Assembly: GCA_964625085.1 (NCBI GenBank)
Contig: CAZVAJ010000001.1
Span: 1-64,000, forward strand
From: Candidatus Micrarchaeota archaeon
GTDB lineage: Archaea; B1Sed10-29; JAJSAI01
Direction: 5' to 3'
Length of the DNA: 64,000 nucleotides
The notes beneath the pieces are model-generated. The model was not told the origin of the DNA. It did no database searches and worked only from the letters and a program-made list of their open reading frames with translations. This document shows, piece by piece, positions 8,999 to 18,908 of the stretch (the stretch's first letter is position 1; each line of letters begins with the position of its first letter). The translations under genes and the position numbers were made by a program.

Positions 8999-9427
8999 AT
9001 GCCAGGAGAATTCGCTGCACGAAAACTTGCCAGAGACAGGCAAAGGTTCAGATGGAAGTCAATAAAATACGTTGAACGGATGAGGCGCAAAATAGGTAGA
9101 GCCCCAGATCCCCTTGAAGGAGCGCCTCAAGGAACAGGGATAGTAATAGAAAAAACAAGCAGAGAACAAAAACAGCCCAGTTCAGGGCTTATAAAAGCAG
9201 TAAGAGTACAGCTAAGGAAAAACGGAAAGATGGTAACAGCCCATGTCCCAAGAGACAAAGCAATAACCCACATAGATGAACACGACGAGGTCATGATAGA
9301 AGGGCTTGGAGGAAGCCAAGGAGGAGCAGTAGGAACAATGTGGGGAATAAAATACAGGGTAATCAAAGTTAACGGGGTTGCACTATCAGAAATAAGAAAA
9401 GGAAAGAAAGAGAAGCCGAGGAGATAA
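8999..9427 (+). CDS. rps12: 30S ribosomal protein uS12
   Basis: [25 protein letters not shown]; decoding loops divergent. Confidence 0.97.
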   Translation: MPGEFAARKLARDRQRFRWKSIKYVERMRRKIGRAPDPLEGAPQGTGIVIEKTSREQKQPSSGLIKAVRVQLRKNGKMVTAHVPRDKAITHIDEHDEVMIEGLGGSQGGAVGTMWGIKYRVIKVNGVALSEIRKGKKEKPRR

Positions 9428-9428
9428 A

Positions 9429-10028
9429 ATGAACGCTCTTATTTTCGGAAAATATGATCCAAAAGTAGAACTAACCGATCCTGGTCTAAAAGGATACATT
9501 AACCTAGACCCACGACTTGTACTTCACACACAAGGAAGACACAGTAAGAGAAACTTCGGTAGAGAAAAAGCGCATGTAATAGAGAGACTTGCCAACAACT
9601 TCATGAGAAGCGGGACCGGCGGAAAAGTAAGTGGAAAGCTAATAAGAGATAGAGGAGCATGCGGAAAGAAAACAAAAATCCTAAAAGCAATAGAAGAGGC
9701 ATTCACAATAATAGAAAAAAGAGAAAAGAAAAACCCAATACAAGTACTCGTTCAAGCAATAGAAAACGCAGCACCAAGAGAAGAAACAACCCGGATTAGG
9801 ATGGGAGGAGTCGTGTACCCAATAGCAGTAGACATTTCCCCACTTAGAAGACTGGACATAGCACTCAGAAACATGGGGATAGCAGTTGTAATCCAATCAT
9901 TCAATAACAAAAAGACTATTTCTCAAGCCATTGCAGACGAGATCATAACAGCTTCAAAGAACGATCCAGCAAGCTATGCTATCAAAAGGAAAGTAGAGAT
10001 AGAGAGGATTGCCAAGAGCTCAAGGTGA
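9429..10028 (+). CDS. rps7: 30S ribosomal protein uS7
   Basis: AIENAAPREE, VDISPLRR, ERIAKSSR. Confidence 0.97.
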   Translation: MNALIFGKYDPKVELTDPGLKGYINLDPRLVLHTQGRHSKRNFGREKAHVIERLANNFMRSGTGGKVSGKLIRDRGACGKKTKILKAIEEAFTIIEKREKKNPIQVLVQAIENAAPREETTRIRMGGVVYPIAVDISPLRRLDIALRNMGIAVVIQSFNNKKTISQAIADEIITASKNDPASYAIKRKVEIERIAKSSR

Positions 10029-10034
10029 TTTTTT

Positions 10035-12230
10035 ATGGGAAGAAAAGAGCAGATGGTAGAAAAGATAAAAGAATTAATGGATGAACCTGAAAGAATCCGT
10101 AACATCGGAATAGTCGCACACATAGACCACGGAAAGACAACCCTATCAGACAACCTAGTTTCCGGAGCAGGATTGCTCAGTGAACAGCTTTCAGGAAAAG
10201 AATGTGTGATGGACTCTTATGAACTTGAATCAGAGAGGGGAATCACAATATTCTCTGCCAACATCTCTCTTGTCTTCCCTCACAAAGACAAAGAATACCT
10301 CGTGAACATGATAGACACGCCCGGACACGTTGACTTTGGAGGTGCTGTCACAAGAGCCATGAGAGCAGTTGACGGAATAATCCTAGTGACATGTGCAGTG
10401 GAAGGTGTCATGCCGCAAACAGAAAGGAACCTGATAACAGCGCTAAAAGAAAGAGTCAAACCAGTGCTGTTCATAAACAAAGTAGACAGGCTTATAAACG
10501 AACTTCAGGTAGACGAACAACAAATGCAAGAAAGACTCCTGAAGATAATAAGCAAGGTCAACACACTCATAAAAAAGCATGCTCCTGACGAGTTCAAAGA
10601 AGCATGGCAGGTAAAAGTGCAAGACGGGTCTGTGGCGTTCGGAAGCGCATACAACAACTGGGCAATATCTGTGCCCATGATGAAAGAAACAGGAATAACC
10701 TTCAAAGACATATACCAATACTGCCATGACGGGAAACAGGATGAACTAGCCAAAAAGATAACAGGATACAGAAGCGTTGTAGACATGATAGTAAACCACA
10801 TACCCAATCCAAAAGAAGCGCAAAAGTACAGGATACCCACAATATGGAAAGATGGAGACCTAGAATCAGACCTTGGAAAAGCCATGCTAGCATGCGACCC
10901 GAAAGGAAAGGTCGCAATGATGATAACCAGCGTGGATATGGACCCACATGCAGGGGAAATCGCAACAGCAAGAGTATACTCCGGAACCGTAAGAAGAGGA
11001 ATGAAACTCCACATGATAAACGCTAAAACACAGGATACTGTACAACAAGTAGCGTTTTACATGAACACAGGAAGAGCACAAGTAGAGGAAATTCCTGCAG
11101 GGAACATTGCAGCACTCTCCGGATTAAAATCAGCATTCGCAGGAGAAACCGCTGCAGAAGAAGAAATCACACCCTTTGAATCAATAAAACATTACTCTGA
11201 ACCTGTAATGACAAAAGCAGTGGAAGCCAAAAATCCCAGAGACCTACCCAAGTTAATATCTGTCCTCAGAGACATAGCAAAAGAAGATCCAACAGTAAAA
11301 GTAGAGATAGATGAAGAGACAGGAGAACACCGGATCTCTGGAATGGGAGAACTGCATCTTGAAATAATAGAACACCGGATCTCCCACGATAAAGGAATTC
11401 CGATAACAACATCCCCACCCATAGTGGTCTACAGAGAAACAGTGAAAAAACAGGGGCAACAGGTAGAATCAAAGTCCCCGAACAGACACAACAAATTATA
11501 TTTTGTCGTAGAACCTCTTGAAGACGGCGTTTACAATGCAATAATAGAAGGAGAAATAAAAGAAGAAAAACCAAAAGACAGAAAAACAGTAGCAAAAAAG
11601 CTGGCCGAGCAGGGGATGGACGCAGACCAAGCGAAAGGAATCTGGGAAATAAAAAATGGAAACGTATTCCTGGACAACACCAAAGGAGTACAATACCTGA
11701 ATGAAGCAAAAGAACTCATACTACAAGGGTTTGAAGAAGCAATAGAAAAAGGCCCGCTTGCAAACGAGAAGGTAACAAAAGTTAAAGTAAGACTCGTGGA
11801 CGCGGTCTTACACGAAGACGCAGTTCACAGAGGCCCATCACAGATGATACCAGCAGCAAAAAGAGGAGTACTCGCAGCAATAATGACAGCAGACCCCATC
11901 CTGCTAGAACCAAAGCAAAAGATATTTATTACCGTGCCGCAGGAATATATGGGAGCAGTAAGCACAGACATACAAGGCAGAAGAGGACAAATCCTTGACA
12001 TAGAACAAGACGGAGAACTGCTCACAATAATAACAAAAGTTCCTGTTGCTGAAACATTTGGTTTCGCAGGAGAAATACGTTCAGCAACGCAAGGCAGGGC
12101 GCAGTGGTCAACAGAATACCTAGGATATGAGCCGCTGCCAAGGGACCTGCAACAGAATGTTATAAAAAGGATTAGAGAAAGAAAAGGACTTAAACCTGAG
12201 ATACAAACAGCAGAAGAACTACTTTCATGA
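10035..12230 (+). CDS. fusA: Elongation factor aEF-2
   Basis: AHIDHGKTT, DTPGHVDF, diphthamide loop HEDAVHRG. Confidence 0.98.
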   Translation: MGRKEQMVEKIKELMDEPERIRNIGIVAHIDHGKTTLSDNLVSGAGLLSEQLSGKECVMDSYELESERGITIFSANISLVFPHKDKEYLVNMIDTPGHVDFGGAVTRAMRAVDGIILVTCAVEGVMPQTERNLITALKERVKPVLFINKVDRLINELQVDEQQMQERLLKIISKVNTLIKKHAPDEFKEAWQVKVQDGSVAFGSAYNNWAISVPMMKETGITFKDIYQYCHDGKQDELAKKITGYRSVVDMIVNHIPNPKEAQKYRIPTIWKDGDLESDLGKAMLACDPKGKVAMMITSVDMDPHAGEIATARVYSGTVRRGMKLHMINAKTQDTVQQVAFYMNTGRAQVEEIPAGNIAALSGLKSAFAGETAAEEEITPFESIKHYSEPVMTKAVEAKNPRDLPKLISVLRDIAKEDPTVKVEIDEETGEHRISGMGELHLEIIEHRISHDKGIPITTSPPIVVYRETVKKQGQQVESKSPNRHNKLYFVVEPLEDGVYNAIIEGEIKEEKPKDRKTVAKKLAEQGMDADQAKGIWEIKNGNVFLDNTKGVQYLNEAKELILQGFEEAIEKGPLANEKVTKVKVRLVDAVLHEDAVHRGPSQMIPAAKRGVLAAIMTADPILLEPKQKIFITVPQEYMGAVSTDIQGRRGQILDIEQDGELLTIITKVPVAETFGFAGEIRSATQGRAQWSTEYLGYEPLPRDLQQNVIKRIRERKGLKPEIQTAEELLS

Positions 12231-12257
12231 TAAATAAAAAATAGAGGTGTATGGGAT

Positions 12258-13532
12258 ATGGCAGACAAAAAGCCGCACATGAACCTTGTGTTCATAGGAC
12301 ACGTGGACCACGGAAAATCCACCACGGTAGGAAGACTGCTGTTCGACAGCAAGTCCCTGCCAGAGCAGGAGCTCAGAAAACTGAGAGAAGAAGCAGAAAG
12401 ACTTGGAAAAGCAACCTTCGAGTTCGCTTTCGCAATGGACAGACTAAAAGAAGAAAGAGAAAGAGGAGTAACCATTGACGTAGCACACAAAGACTTCCAG
12501 ACAAACAAGTACTACTTCACAATCATAGACGCTCCTGGACACAAAGACTTTATCAAAAACATGATCACTGGAACAAGCCAGGCAGACGCAGCAGTGCTGG
12601 TAGTGTCCGCAAAAGACGGACCACAAGAGCAAACAAGAGAACACGCATTCCTTGCAAGAACACTTGGAGTAGGACAGATGATAGTCGTCCTAAACAAGAT
12701 GGATGCAGTAAACTACGATCAAGCAGCATACAACAAAGCAAAGCAGGACCTAATTGACAAGATCCTCAAACCTATTGGATACAAGATAGATGAGATGGAA
12801 TTCATCCCAATATCAGCATACAAAGGAGACAACGTAGTAAACAAGTCAGAGAACATGTCCTGGTACAACGGACCAACCCTTGCAGAAGCTCTTGACAAAC
12901 TTAAGGCACCTGAAAAACCAACAGACAAGCCACTCAGGCTCCCAATACAAGACGTCTACAACATCAAAGGAGTCGGAATAGTACCTGTAGGAAGAGTAGA
13001 AACCGGAGTGCTCAAAGTTGGAGACAAAGTGTCAATTGCACCTGCAGGCTCAACAGGAGAAGTAAAAAGCATAGAAATGCACCACCAAGCACTACAACAG
13101 GCAGAACCAGGTGACAACATAGGATTCAACCTGAAAGGCGTTGACAAAAAGGACCTCAGCAGAGGATCAGTAATCGGCCCAGCAGATAACCCTCCGACAG
13201 TGGCAGAAGAGTTCACAGCACAGATAATAGTACTGAACCACCCAACTGCAATAACAGTAGGATACCAGCCAGTAATACACTGCCACACAGTACAAATGGC
13301 CTGCAGCATAGTTGCAATAGAAAAGAAGATTGATCCAAAGAGCGGACAAGTAGTTCAAGAAAACCCAGAATTCATAAAAACAGGAGACGCCGCTGTAGTA
13401 AGAATGAAACCAGTAAGGCCCATGGTAATAGAAAAAGCAAGCGAATTCTCTCCTCTCGGAAGATTCGCAGTAAGAGACATGGGTATGACAGTGGCTGCAG
13501 GAATGGTACTGGACGTAAAGAAAAAAGCGTGA
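12258..13532 (+). CDS. tuf: Elongation factor aEF-1alpha
   Basis: [27 protein letters not shown]. Confidence 0.99.
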   Translation: MADKKPHMNLVFIGHVDHGKSTTVGRLLFDSKSLPEQELRKLREEAERLGKATFEFAFAMDRLKEERERGVTIDVAHKDFQTNKYYFTIIDAPGHKDFIKNMITGTSQADAAVLVVSAKDGPQEQTREHAFLARTLGVGQMIVVLNKMDAVNYDQAAYNKAKQDLIDKILKPIGYKIDEMEFIPISAYKGDNVVNKSENMSWYNGPTLAEALDKLKAPEKPTDKPLRLPIQDVYNIKGVGIVPVGRVETGVLKVGDKVSIAPAGSTGEVKSIEMHHQALQQAEPGDNIGFNLKGVDKKDLSRGSVIGPADNPPTVAEEFTAQIIVLNHPTAITVGYQPVIHCHTVQMACSIVAIEKKIDPKSGQVVQENPEFIKTGDAAVVRMKPVRPMVIEKASEFSPLGRFAVRDMGMTVAAGMVLDVKKKA

Positions 13533-13540
13533 AATAGAAA

Positions 13541-13858
13541 ATGGCAACACAACTAGCTAGCATAAAACTGGTAAGCCCAGACTACAAGAAACTGGAGAGC
13601 GTATGCTCTGAGATAAAGAGCATTGCAGAAAAGACAGGGGCTAACGTGAAGGGACCCATACCCCTTCCAACCAGAAAACTGGTAGTACCGACCCTGAAAT
13701 CACCGTGCGGCGATGGGTCAGAAACATACGAGCACTGGCAGATGAGAATACACAAGAGAATAATGAACATAGAAGCTGATGAAAGAACCCTCAGGCAAAT
13801 CATGAGGGTCCAAGTACCAGACCAAGTGCACATAGAAATAGAACTAAAAACCGCCTAA
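13541..13858 (+). CDS. rps10: 30S ribosomal protein uS10
   Basis: GPIPLPT, SPCGDGS, MRIHKR. Confidence 0.97.
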   Translation: MATQLASIKLVSPDYKKLESVCSEIKSIAEKTGANVKGPIPLPTRKLVVPTLKSPCGDGSETYEHWQMRIHKRIMNIEADERTLRQIMRVQVPDQVHIEIELKTA

Positions 13859-13932
13859 AAAACCCCCTCTTTATTTATTCTTAAAAACACACAAAATCCA
13901 CTGCTTTTGACGATAAAATGTTCACACAACAA

Positions 13933-13947
13933 CGAAAGGTTTTTAAA
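13933..13947 (+). promoter_or_regulatory. BRE/TATA promoter of the small membrane-protein gene
   Basis: CGAAAGG-TTTTTAAA. Confidence 0.6.
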
Positions 13948-13979
13948 GGGCTCTTCTTTTTTAGGAACAGGTGAAAAAA

Positions 13980-14348
13980 ATGGCAAGAGCCAAAACAGAC
14001 GATCTAGATGTACTTGGCGGGTATTCCTTTGTATTAGGCGTTATAATCGCCCTGATACTAGGAATGGTCGCACAAATAATACCATTAGGAGACAAAGTAT
14101 CTGCCACACTAGTAATTCTCTTAGTAATACTCGGACTAATAGTAGGATTCGTAAACATAAACAGAAAGGAAATGAAAGATTTTCTACTTGCAGTAATAGC
14201 AATCGGAATAATAGGATCAGCAAACCTAGAAGTAATCCCCGCAGTAGGAAACTACCTTGCAGGAATCGTAGCATACCTAGGAATATTCGTGTACCCAGCA
14301 GCAGTAGTGGTAGCAATAAAAGAAATATTCAACATAGCAAAAATGTAA
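13980..14348 (+). CDS. Small four-helix membrane protein of unknown function
   Basis: Four hydrophobic segments, AGGTGA RBS, own promoter and T-rich downstream region. Confidence 0.85.
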   Translation: MARAKTDDLDVLGGYSFVLGVIIALILGMVAQIIPLGDKVSATLVILLVILGLIVGFVNINRKEMKDFLLAVIAIGIIGSANLEVIPAVGNYLAGIVAYLGIFVYPAAVVVAIKEIFNIAKM

Positions 14349-14435
14349 ATCAACAAAACCCCTTTTACTTTTGAAACCCCCTTTTTTCAAATTTTAACCA
14401 CACAATATTTATACTCATCCCTGAGAATATCAATC

Positions 14436-14855
14436 ATGTACTATACCTTCGAGCACGAAGCAGACATAGGAATAAAAGGAGAAGGAAAAACAATAGAAGA
14501 AGCATTCCAGGAAACAGCTAAAGCAATGTTCTCAGTAATGGCAAACTTAGAAAAAGTAGGAGAAGTAGAAAAAATCTCAGGAAAAACAAATGGCACTGAC
14601 CTTGTTTCACTCCTTGTTAACTGGCTGAACCAATTGCTGGCAGAAAAAGACATACACAGCATGATCCTAAAATCATTTAAGGCACGCATAATGCACAAAA
14701 ACAACGGATACGAGATAGAGTGGGAAGCAAAAGGTGAAAAGATGAACACAGAAAAACAAGATCTCAAAACAGAAGTAAAAGCAGCAACATTCCACATGGC
14801 AGAAGTAGAAGAAAAAAATGGAGAATGGACAGCCCAGTGCATTGTTGACGTTTGA
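14436..14855 (+). CDS. Archease (RtcB cofactor)
   Basis: FEHEADIG, EVKAATFH, C-terminal VDV; adjacent to rtcB. Confidence 0.95.
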   Translation: MYYTFEHEADIGIKGEGKTIEEAFQETAKAMFSVMANLEKVGEVEKISGKTNGTDLVSLLVNWLNQLLAEKDIHSMILKSFKARIMHKNNGYEIEWEAKGEKMNTEKQDLKTEVKAATFHMAEVEEKNGEWTAQCIVDV

Positions 14856-14868
14856 ACGGGGGAAGAAC

Positions 14869-17775
14869 ATGGAACCGAACGCATTCAAAAAAGTAAACGA
14901 ATACGAGTGGATCATACCACAAAAAGGAGACATGAGAGTACCTGGAATAATCTTTGCAGATGAATCAATAATCAGGGACCTTGATGAAAAAGTCTGGGAA
15001 CAGGTATCCAACGTAGCGACTTTGCCAGGCATACAAAAAGCAAGCATGGCAATGCCTGACGCCCACTGGGGATACGGTTTCCCCATAGGAGGCGTAGCTG
15101 CATTCGACCCAAAAGAAGAAGGAATAATAAGCGCAGGAGGAGTTGGATATGACATATCGTGCCTAACGCCAGACGCAAAGATCATGATAGAGCACGGGTG
15201 CTGGAAAAAAATCGGAGAGATGAAAGAAGATTCTCAAGAAACACTAGTATCAAACAGTAACATGATGTTAAAAGAGTTTTCCTCAAGAACGCTCACTCTC
15301 GACAAAGGAGAAATAAAGGAAAAAACAGCAAGCTATTTCATGGAACTAGACCCTAAATCACAGGTTGTAGAAGTGACTTCCTCCACAGGCAGGAGGATAA
15401 ACGCAACCTCAGACCACCCTTTCCTAACACCTAACGGAATGAAACCAGCAGAAACACTAAAAAAAGGCGATCTAATAGCAGTCTATCCATTTGAAGGAGT
15501 AGAATATGAACCATGCAGAGACATTACAATAGTAGGAGAGCATAACATTCTTGAAGGACAAGCAAAGGACTCCCTTGTCGCAAGAAATCTTCTACCCTTA
15601 ACAGAAAACAACACAAAGCTTCCGCTGATAACAAAGATACTGGGGTACTTGTTTGGTGACGGATTAGTGTACTTTTCTGGAAACAAGGGATATATCCATG
15701 CGTATGGACAAGAAGAAGACCTTAAAACAATAGCCAAGGATATCAAGAAATTAGGTTATTCCGCGAGGATATATTCAAGGAAAAGAAACCACAAAATAAC
15801 AGATCAATACGGCACTAAAGAATTCTTGTCAACATCCCACGAACTTCACGTAAGGTCCACAAGCCTGGCAATGCTGTTCAAGGAGATAGGAATGCCTGTG
15901 GGCAACAAGACAAACCAAGAATATTCAGTGCCAGCATGGCTTCTGTCCGCACCAAAGTGGATAAAGAGACTCTTTCTGGCAGGGTTCTTCGGCGCTGAAA
16001 TGTCAACACCTAAGAATGTTTCAAGAACCAACTTTTACTGTCCAGTAGTATCCCAGAACAAAGTTGCTGGCGCGCTAGGCTCAGGAATAAGGTTCATGCA
16101 AGAAGTCAGCAACATGCTAGAAGAGTTTGGAGTAAAAACCAACAAGATAAGCGTTAGAAAAGAATACAAAAACAAACATAGAGTGCGGCTGATACTCTCC
16201 TCAGAACCTGAAAGCCTGATAGCGTTATGGACAAGAGTAGGTTTCGAGTACAACAGGAAAAGATTGGAAGAAGGGCTGGCTGCAGCACAATACCTGAAAG
16301 AAAAGAAGGAATTCATGAAAAAAAGGCTTAAAGCAGCGGTCAGAACAAAAGAGTACAAAGCAAAAGGAAAAAGCCTTAAAGAAGCAATAAAAGACCTGTC
16401 AGGGGAACATGCCAACTCCAGGTTCATTGAACGCCACTATTATTCAAAAGAAGAAAAATTCCCAAGGGTATCTGAAAATTTCATTAGCTTTGGAGAATGG
16501 AGAGCAAAGAATCCCGGCCCAGTATTCTGGGAACAAGTAGAATCCACGAAAGCGCTTGACTACAAAGGAAAAGTGTATGATCTCACCGTGCCTGGAACTC
16601 ATAATTTCGTGGCCAACGGGTTCGTGGTCTCAAACTGTGGAGTCAGGACCATTAAAACAGATCTGAAAAAAGAGGACTTAAAACCAAAGTTGAAAGAACT
16701 GATGGAAGAATTATTCAGAACAGTGCCCGCAGGACTAGGATCAGAAGGAAAAATAACCCTGACAAAAGACCAAGAAGACGAAATGCTGGCAAAAGGAGCA
16801 AGGTGGGCAGTAGAACAAGGCTATGGAACCAAAGAGGACCTTGAATACACTGAAATGAAAGGAACAGCGCCAGACGCTGACCCGAGCAAGGTCAGCGATC
16901 TCGCGAAAAAAAGAGAAAAAAAGCAAGCCGGAACCCTGGGCTCAGGAAACCACTACCTTGAAGTCCAGTGGGTGGAGGAAGTTTATGATCCGGAAATAGC
17001 CCGGATATACGGACTAGAAAAAGACCAGGTCGTGATAACCTTCCACTGCGGGTCAAGAGGCCTAGGCCACCAAGTAGCATCAGACTACATGCAAATTCTT
17101 GACCAAGCAGCACCAGAATACGGGATAAAGCTTCCTGACAGGCAACTTGCATGCGCACCAATAGAATCGCAGGAAGGCAAAGACTACTGGCAGGCCATGA
17201 ACGCCGCAATAAACAACGCCCTCGCAAACCGGCAGGTTATAGCGCACCTTACAAGAAAAGCATTCAATAAAGTGTTCCCGGACGCAGAACTTCCTCAATT
17301 GTATGACACTAGCCATAACACGTGCAGAAAAGAAGAACACACAGTAAACGGAACCAAAAAAATAGTGTACGTGCACAGGAAGGGAGCTACAAGCGCTCTT
17401 GGCCCGGGAAGGCCAGAACTTCCCAGAAGTTACATGAACGCTGGCCAGCCAGTCCTAATAGGAGGCACGATGGGCACATACTCTTACATTCTCGCCGGAA
17501 CAGAAAAAGGAACTGAAAAAGCGTTCGGAAGCGCATGCCACGGAGCAGGCAGACGGATGAGCAGAACCCAAGCAAAGAAAACATGGAAAGGAGACAGAGT
17601 AATACAAGACCTCGCAAACTCAGGAATAATAGTAAAAGCACACTCTTTCAAAGGCGCTGCAGAAGAAGCGCCTGGCGCATACAAAGACGTCAGGCAAGTC
17701 GTAAACGCAGTGCATAACGCAGGCCTTGCCAAGAAGGTCGTGAGAGTGCGGCCCCTCGGTGTAGTGAAAGGATGA
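14869..17775 (+). CDS. rtcB: tRNA-splicing ligase RtcB precursor containing an intein
   Basis: PDAHWGYGFPIGG, GYDIS/CG, GTLGSGNHY, HRKGAT, HGAGR, EEAPGAYK. Confidence 0.97.
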   Translation: MEPNAFKKVNEYEWIIPQKGDMRVPGIIFADESIIRDLDEKVWEQVSNVATLPGIQKASMAMPDAHWGYGFPIGGVAAFDPKEEGIISAGGVGYDISCLTPDAKIMIEHGCWKKIGEMKEDSQETLVSNSNMMLKEFSSRTLTLDKGEIKEKTASYFMELDPKSQVVEVTSSTGRRINATSDHPFLTPNGMKPAETLKKGDLIAVYPFEGVEYEPCRDITIVGEHNILEGQAKDSLVARNLLPLTENNTKLPLITKILGYLFGDGLVYFSGNKGYIHAYGQEEDLKTIAKDIKKLGYSARIYSRKRNHKITDQYGTKEFLSTSHELHVRSTSLAMLFKEIGMPVGNKTNQEYSVPAWLLSAPKWIKRLFLAGFFGAEMSTPKNVSRTNFYCPVVSQNKVAGALGSGIRFMQEVSNMLEEFGVKTNKISVRKEYKNKHRVRLILSSEPESLIALWTRVGFEYNRKRLEEGLAAAQYLKEKKEFMKKRLKAAVRTKEYKAKGKSLKEAIKDLSGEHANSRFIERHYYSKEEKFPRVSENFISFGEWRAKNPGPVFWEQVESTKALDYKGKVYDLTVPGTHNFVANGFVVSNCGVRTIKTDLKKEDLKPKLKELMEELFRTVPAGLGSEGKITLTKDQEDEMLAKGARWAVEQGYGTKEDLEYTEMKGTAPDADPSKVSDLAKKREKKQAGTLGSGNHYLEVQWVEEVYDPEIARIYGLEKDQVVITFHCGSRGLGHQVASDYMQILDQAAPEYGIKLPDRQLACAPIESQEGKDYWQAMNAAINNALANRQVIAHLTRKAFNKVFPDAELPQLYDTSHNTCRKEEHTVNGTKKIVYVHRKGATSALGPGRPELPRSYMNAGQPVLIGGTMGTYSYILAGTEKGTEKAFGSACHGAGRRMSRTQAKKTWKGDRVIQDLANSGIIVKAHSFKGAAEEAPGAYKDVRQVVNAVHNAGLAKKVVRVRPLGVVKG
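15160..16635 (+). mobile_element. Intein (492 aa) with LAGLIDADG homing endonuclease in rtcB
   Basis: Starts CLTPDA; block B ATSDHPF; LGYLFGDG and LAGFFGAE motifs; ends VYDLTV...HNFVANGFVVSN followed by Cys+1. Confidence 0.95.
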
Positions 17776-17790
17776 AGAAAGATGCCCGCC

Positions 17791-17805
17791 AGTAACCTTT
17801 AAATA
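17791..17805 (+). promoter_or_regulatory. BRE/TATA promoter of the L3 (S10-spc) cluster
   Basis: AGTAACC-TTTAAATA followed by a leader of about 105 nt. Confidence 0.6.
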
Positions 17806-17930
17806 CCTTTTATTGTGAAAAAATACTATCTCCTGCTGTAAAAGGAGGAAAATGGTCCAGCCCCAGAGGCTTTGTGCCTTTCGGGCAATGAAGACCGCTG
17901 AAAAAACAAAAATTTTGAGGACGTATAAAA

Positions 17931-18902
17931 ATGGCAAAACGGCATGCTCCAAAAAGAGGATCCAGAGGATTCTCGCCAAGAAAAAAAGCAAAAAGAATTT
18001 ACCCCAGTGTAAACTCCTACGCAGAAACAGAAGAAGTAGGAGTACAAGCTTTCCCAGGATACAAAGCAGGAATGACCCAACTGCTGACAATAAATGAAAC
18101 AGAAAAATCCCCAAAATTCAAACAAGAAGAAGCAGTACCAGTAACAATTCTTGAAATCCCTCCAGTAAAGGTTTACGGGATCAGAGCCTACAAAACAACC
18201 CCTGAAGGCAAAAAAGCTTTCACGGAAGTGTACTCTGAAAAGCTTGACAAACGCCTACAAAGAAAAATAACTCTTCCAAAAGAATACTCATCTGAAGATA
18301 AAATAAAAGCAATAGAATCCAATCTTGAACAAATCTCTGAACTAAGACTACTTGTACACACACAACCCACTTTTAAGAAAACCCCTGAAATACTCGAGCT
18401 CACTGTTTTTGGCCCAGTTAAAGACGCATGGGAGTACGCAAAACAAAAACTTGGCAGTGAGCTATCTGCTGATGAAATCATAAAAGAAGGGGAAATGTTA
18501 GACACAATCGCAGTAACAAAAGGCAAAGGAACGCAAGGCCCTGTGAAAAGGTTTGGCATAACAATACAGATAAGAAAAAACAAAAAGCACAGGAGAAATC
18601 CGGGCTCTCTCGGGGCATTCAGCGTGGGAAGAATGTTCTGGACAGTGCCCCTCGCAGGACAGATGGGCTTCCAAACAAGAACAGAATACAACAAACAAGT
18701 ATTGAAAATAGGGGAAAAAGGAGAAGAAGTAACCCCCGAAGGAGGAATACGGGCCTACGGAGTAGTGAAAAGCAGATACATGCTCATAAAAGGAAGCGTA
18801 CCTGGGCCGAAAAAAAGGCTCATTATGTTGCGGAAAGGAATAAGGCCAACTCAAGGAGATACATTAACTATAAAAGAGGTAATAAGAACACCCCAGCAGT
18901 GA
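17931..18902 (+). CDS. rpl3: 50S ribosomal protein uL3
   Basis: GYKAGMT, TKGKGTQGPVKRFG, AGQMGF. Confidence 0.97.
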   Translation: MAKRHAPKRGSRGFSPRKKAKRIYPSVNSYAETEEVGVQAFPGYKAGMTQLLTINETEKSPKFKQEEAVPVTILEIPPVKVYGIRAYKTTPEGKKAFTEVYSEKLDKRLQRKITLPKEYSSEDKIKAIESNLEQISELRLLVHTQPTFKKTPEILELTVFGPVKDAWEYAKQKLGSELSADEIIKEGEMLDTIAVTKGKGTQGPVKRFGITIQIRKNKKHRRNPGSLGAFSVGRMFWTVPLAGQMGFQTRTEYNKQVLKIGEKGEEVTPEGGIRAYGVVKSRYMLIKGSVPGPKKRLIMLRKGIRPTQGDTLTIKEVIRTPQQ

Positions 18903-18908
18903 TGAAAA

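Noticed and set aside
14818..14868. Longer N-terminus of RtcB
   Set aside because: Overlaps archease; ATG 14869 has a purine-rich RBS and gives a normal start.
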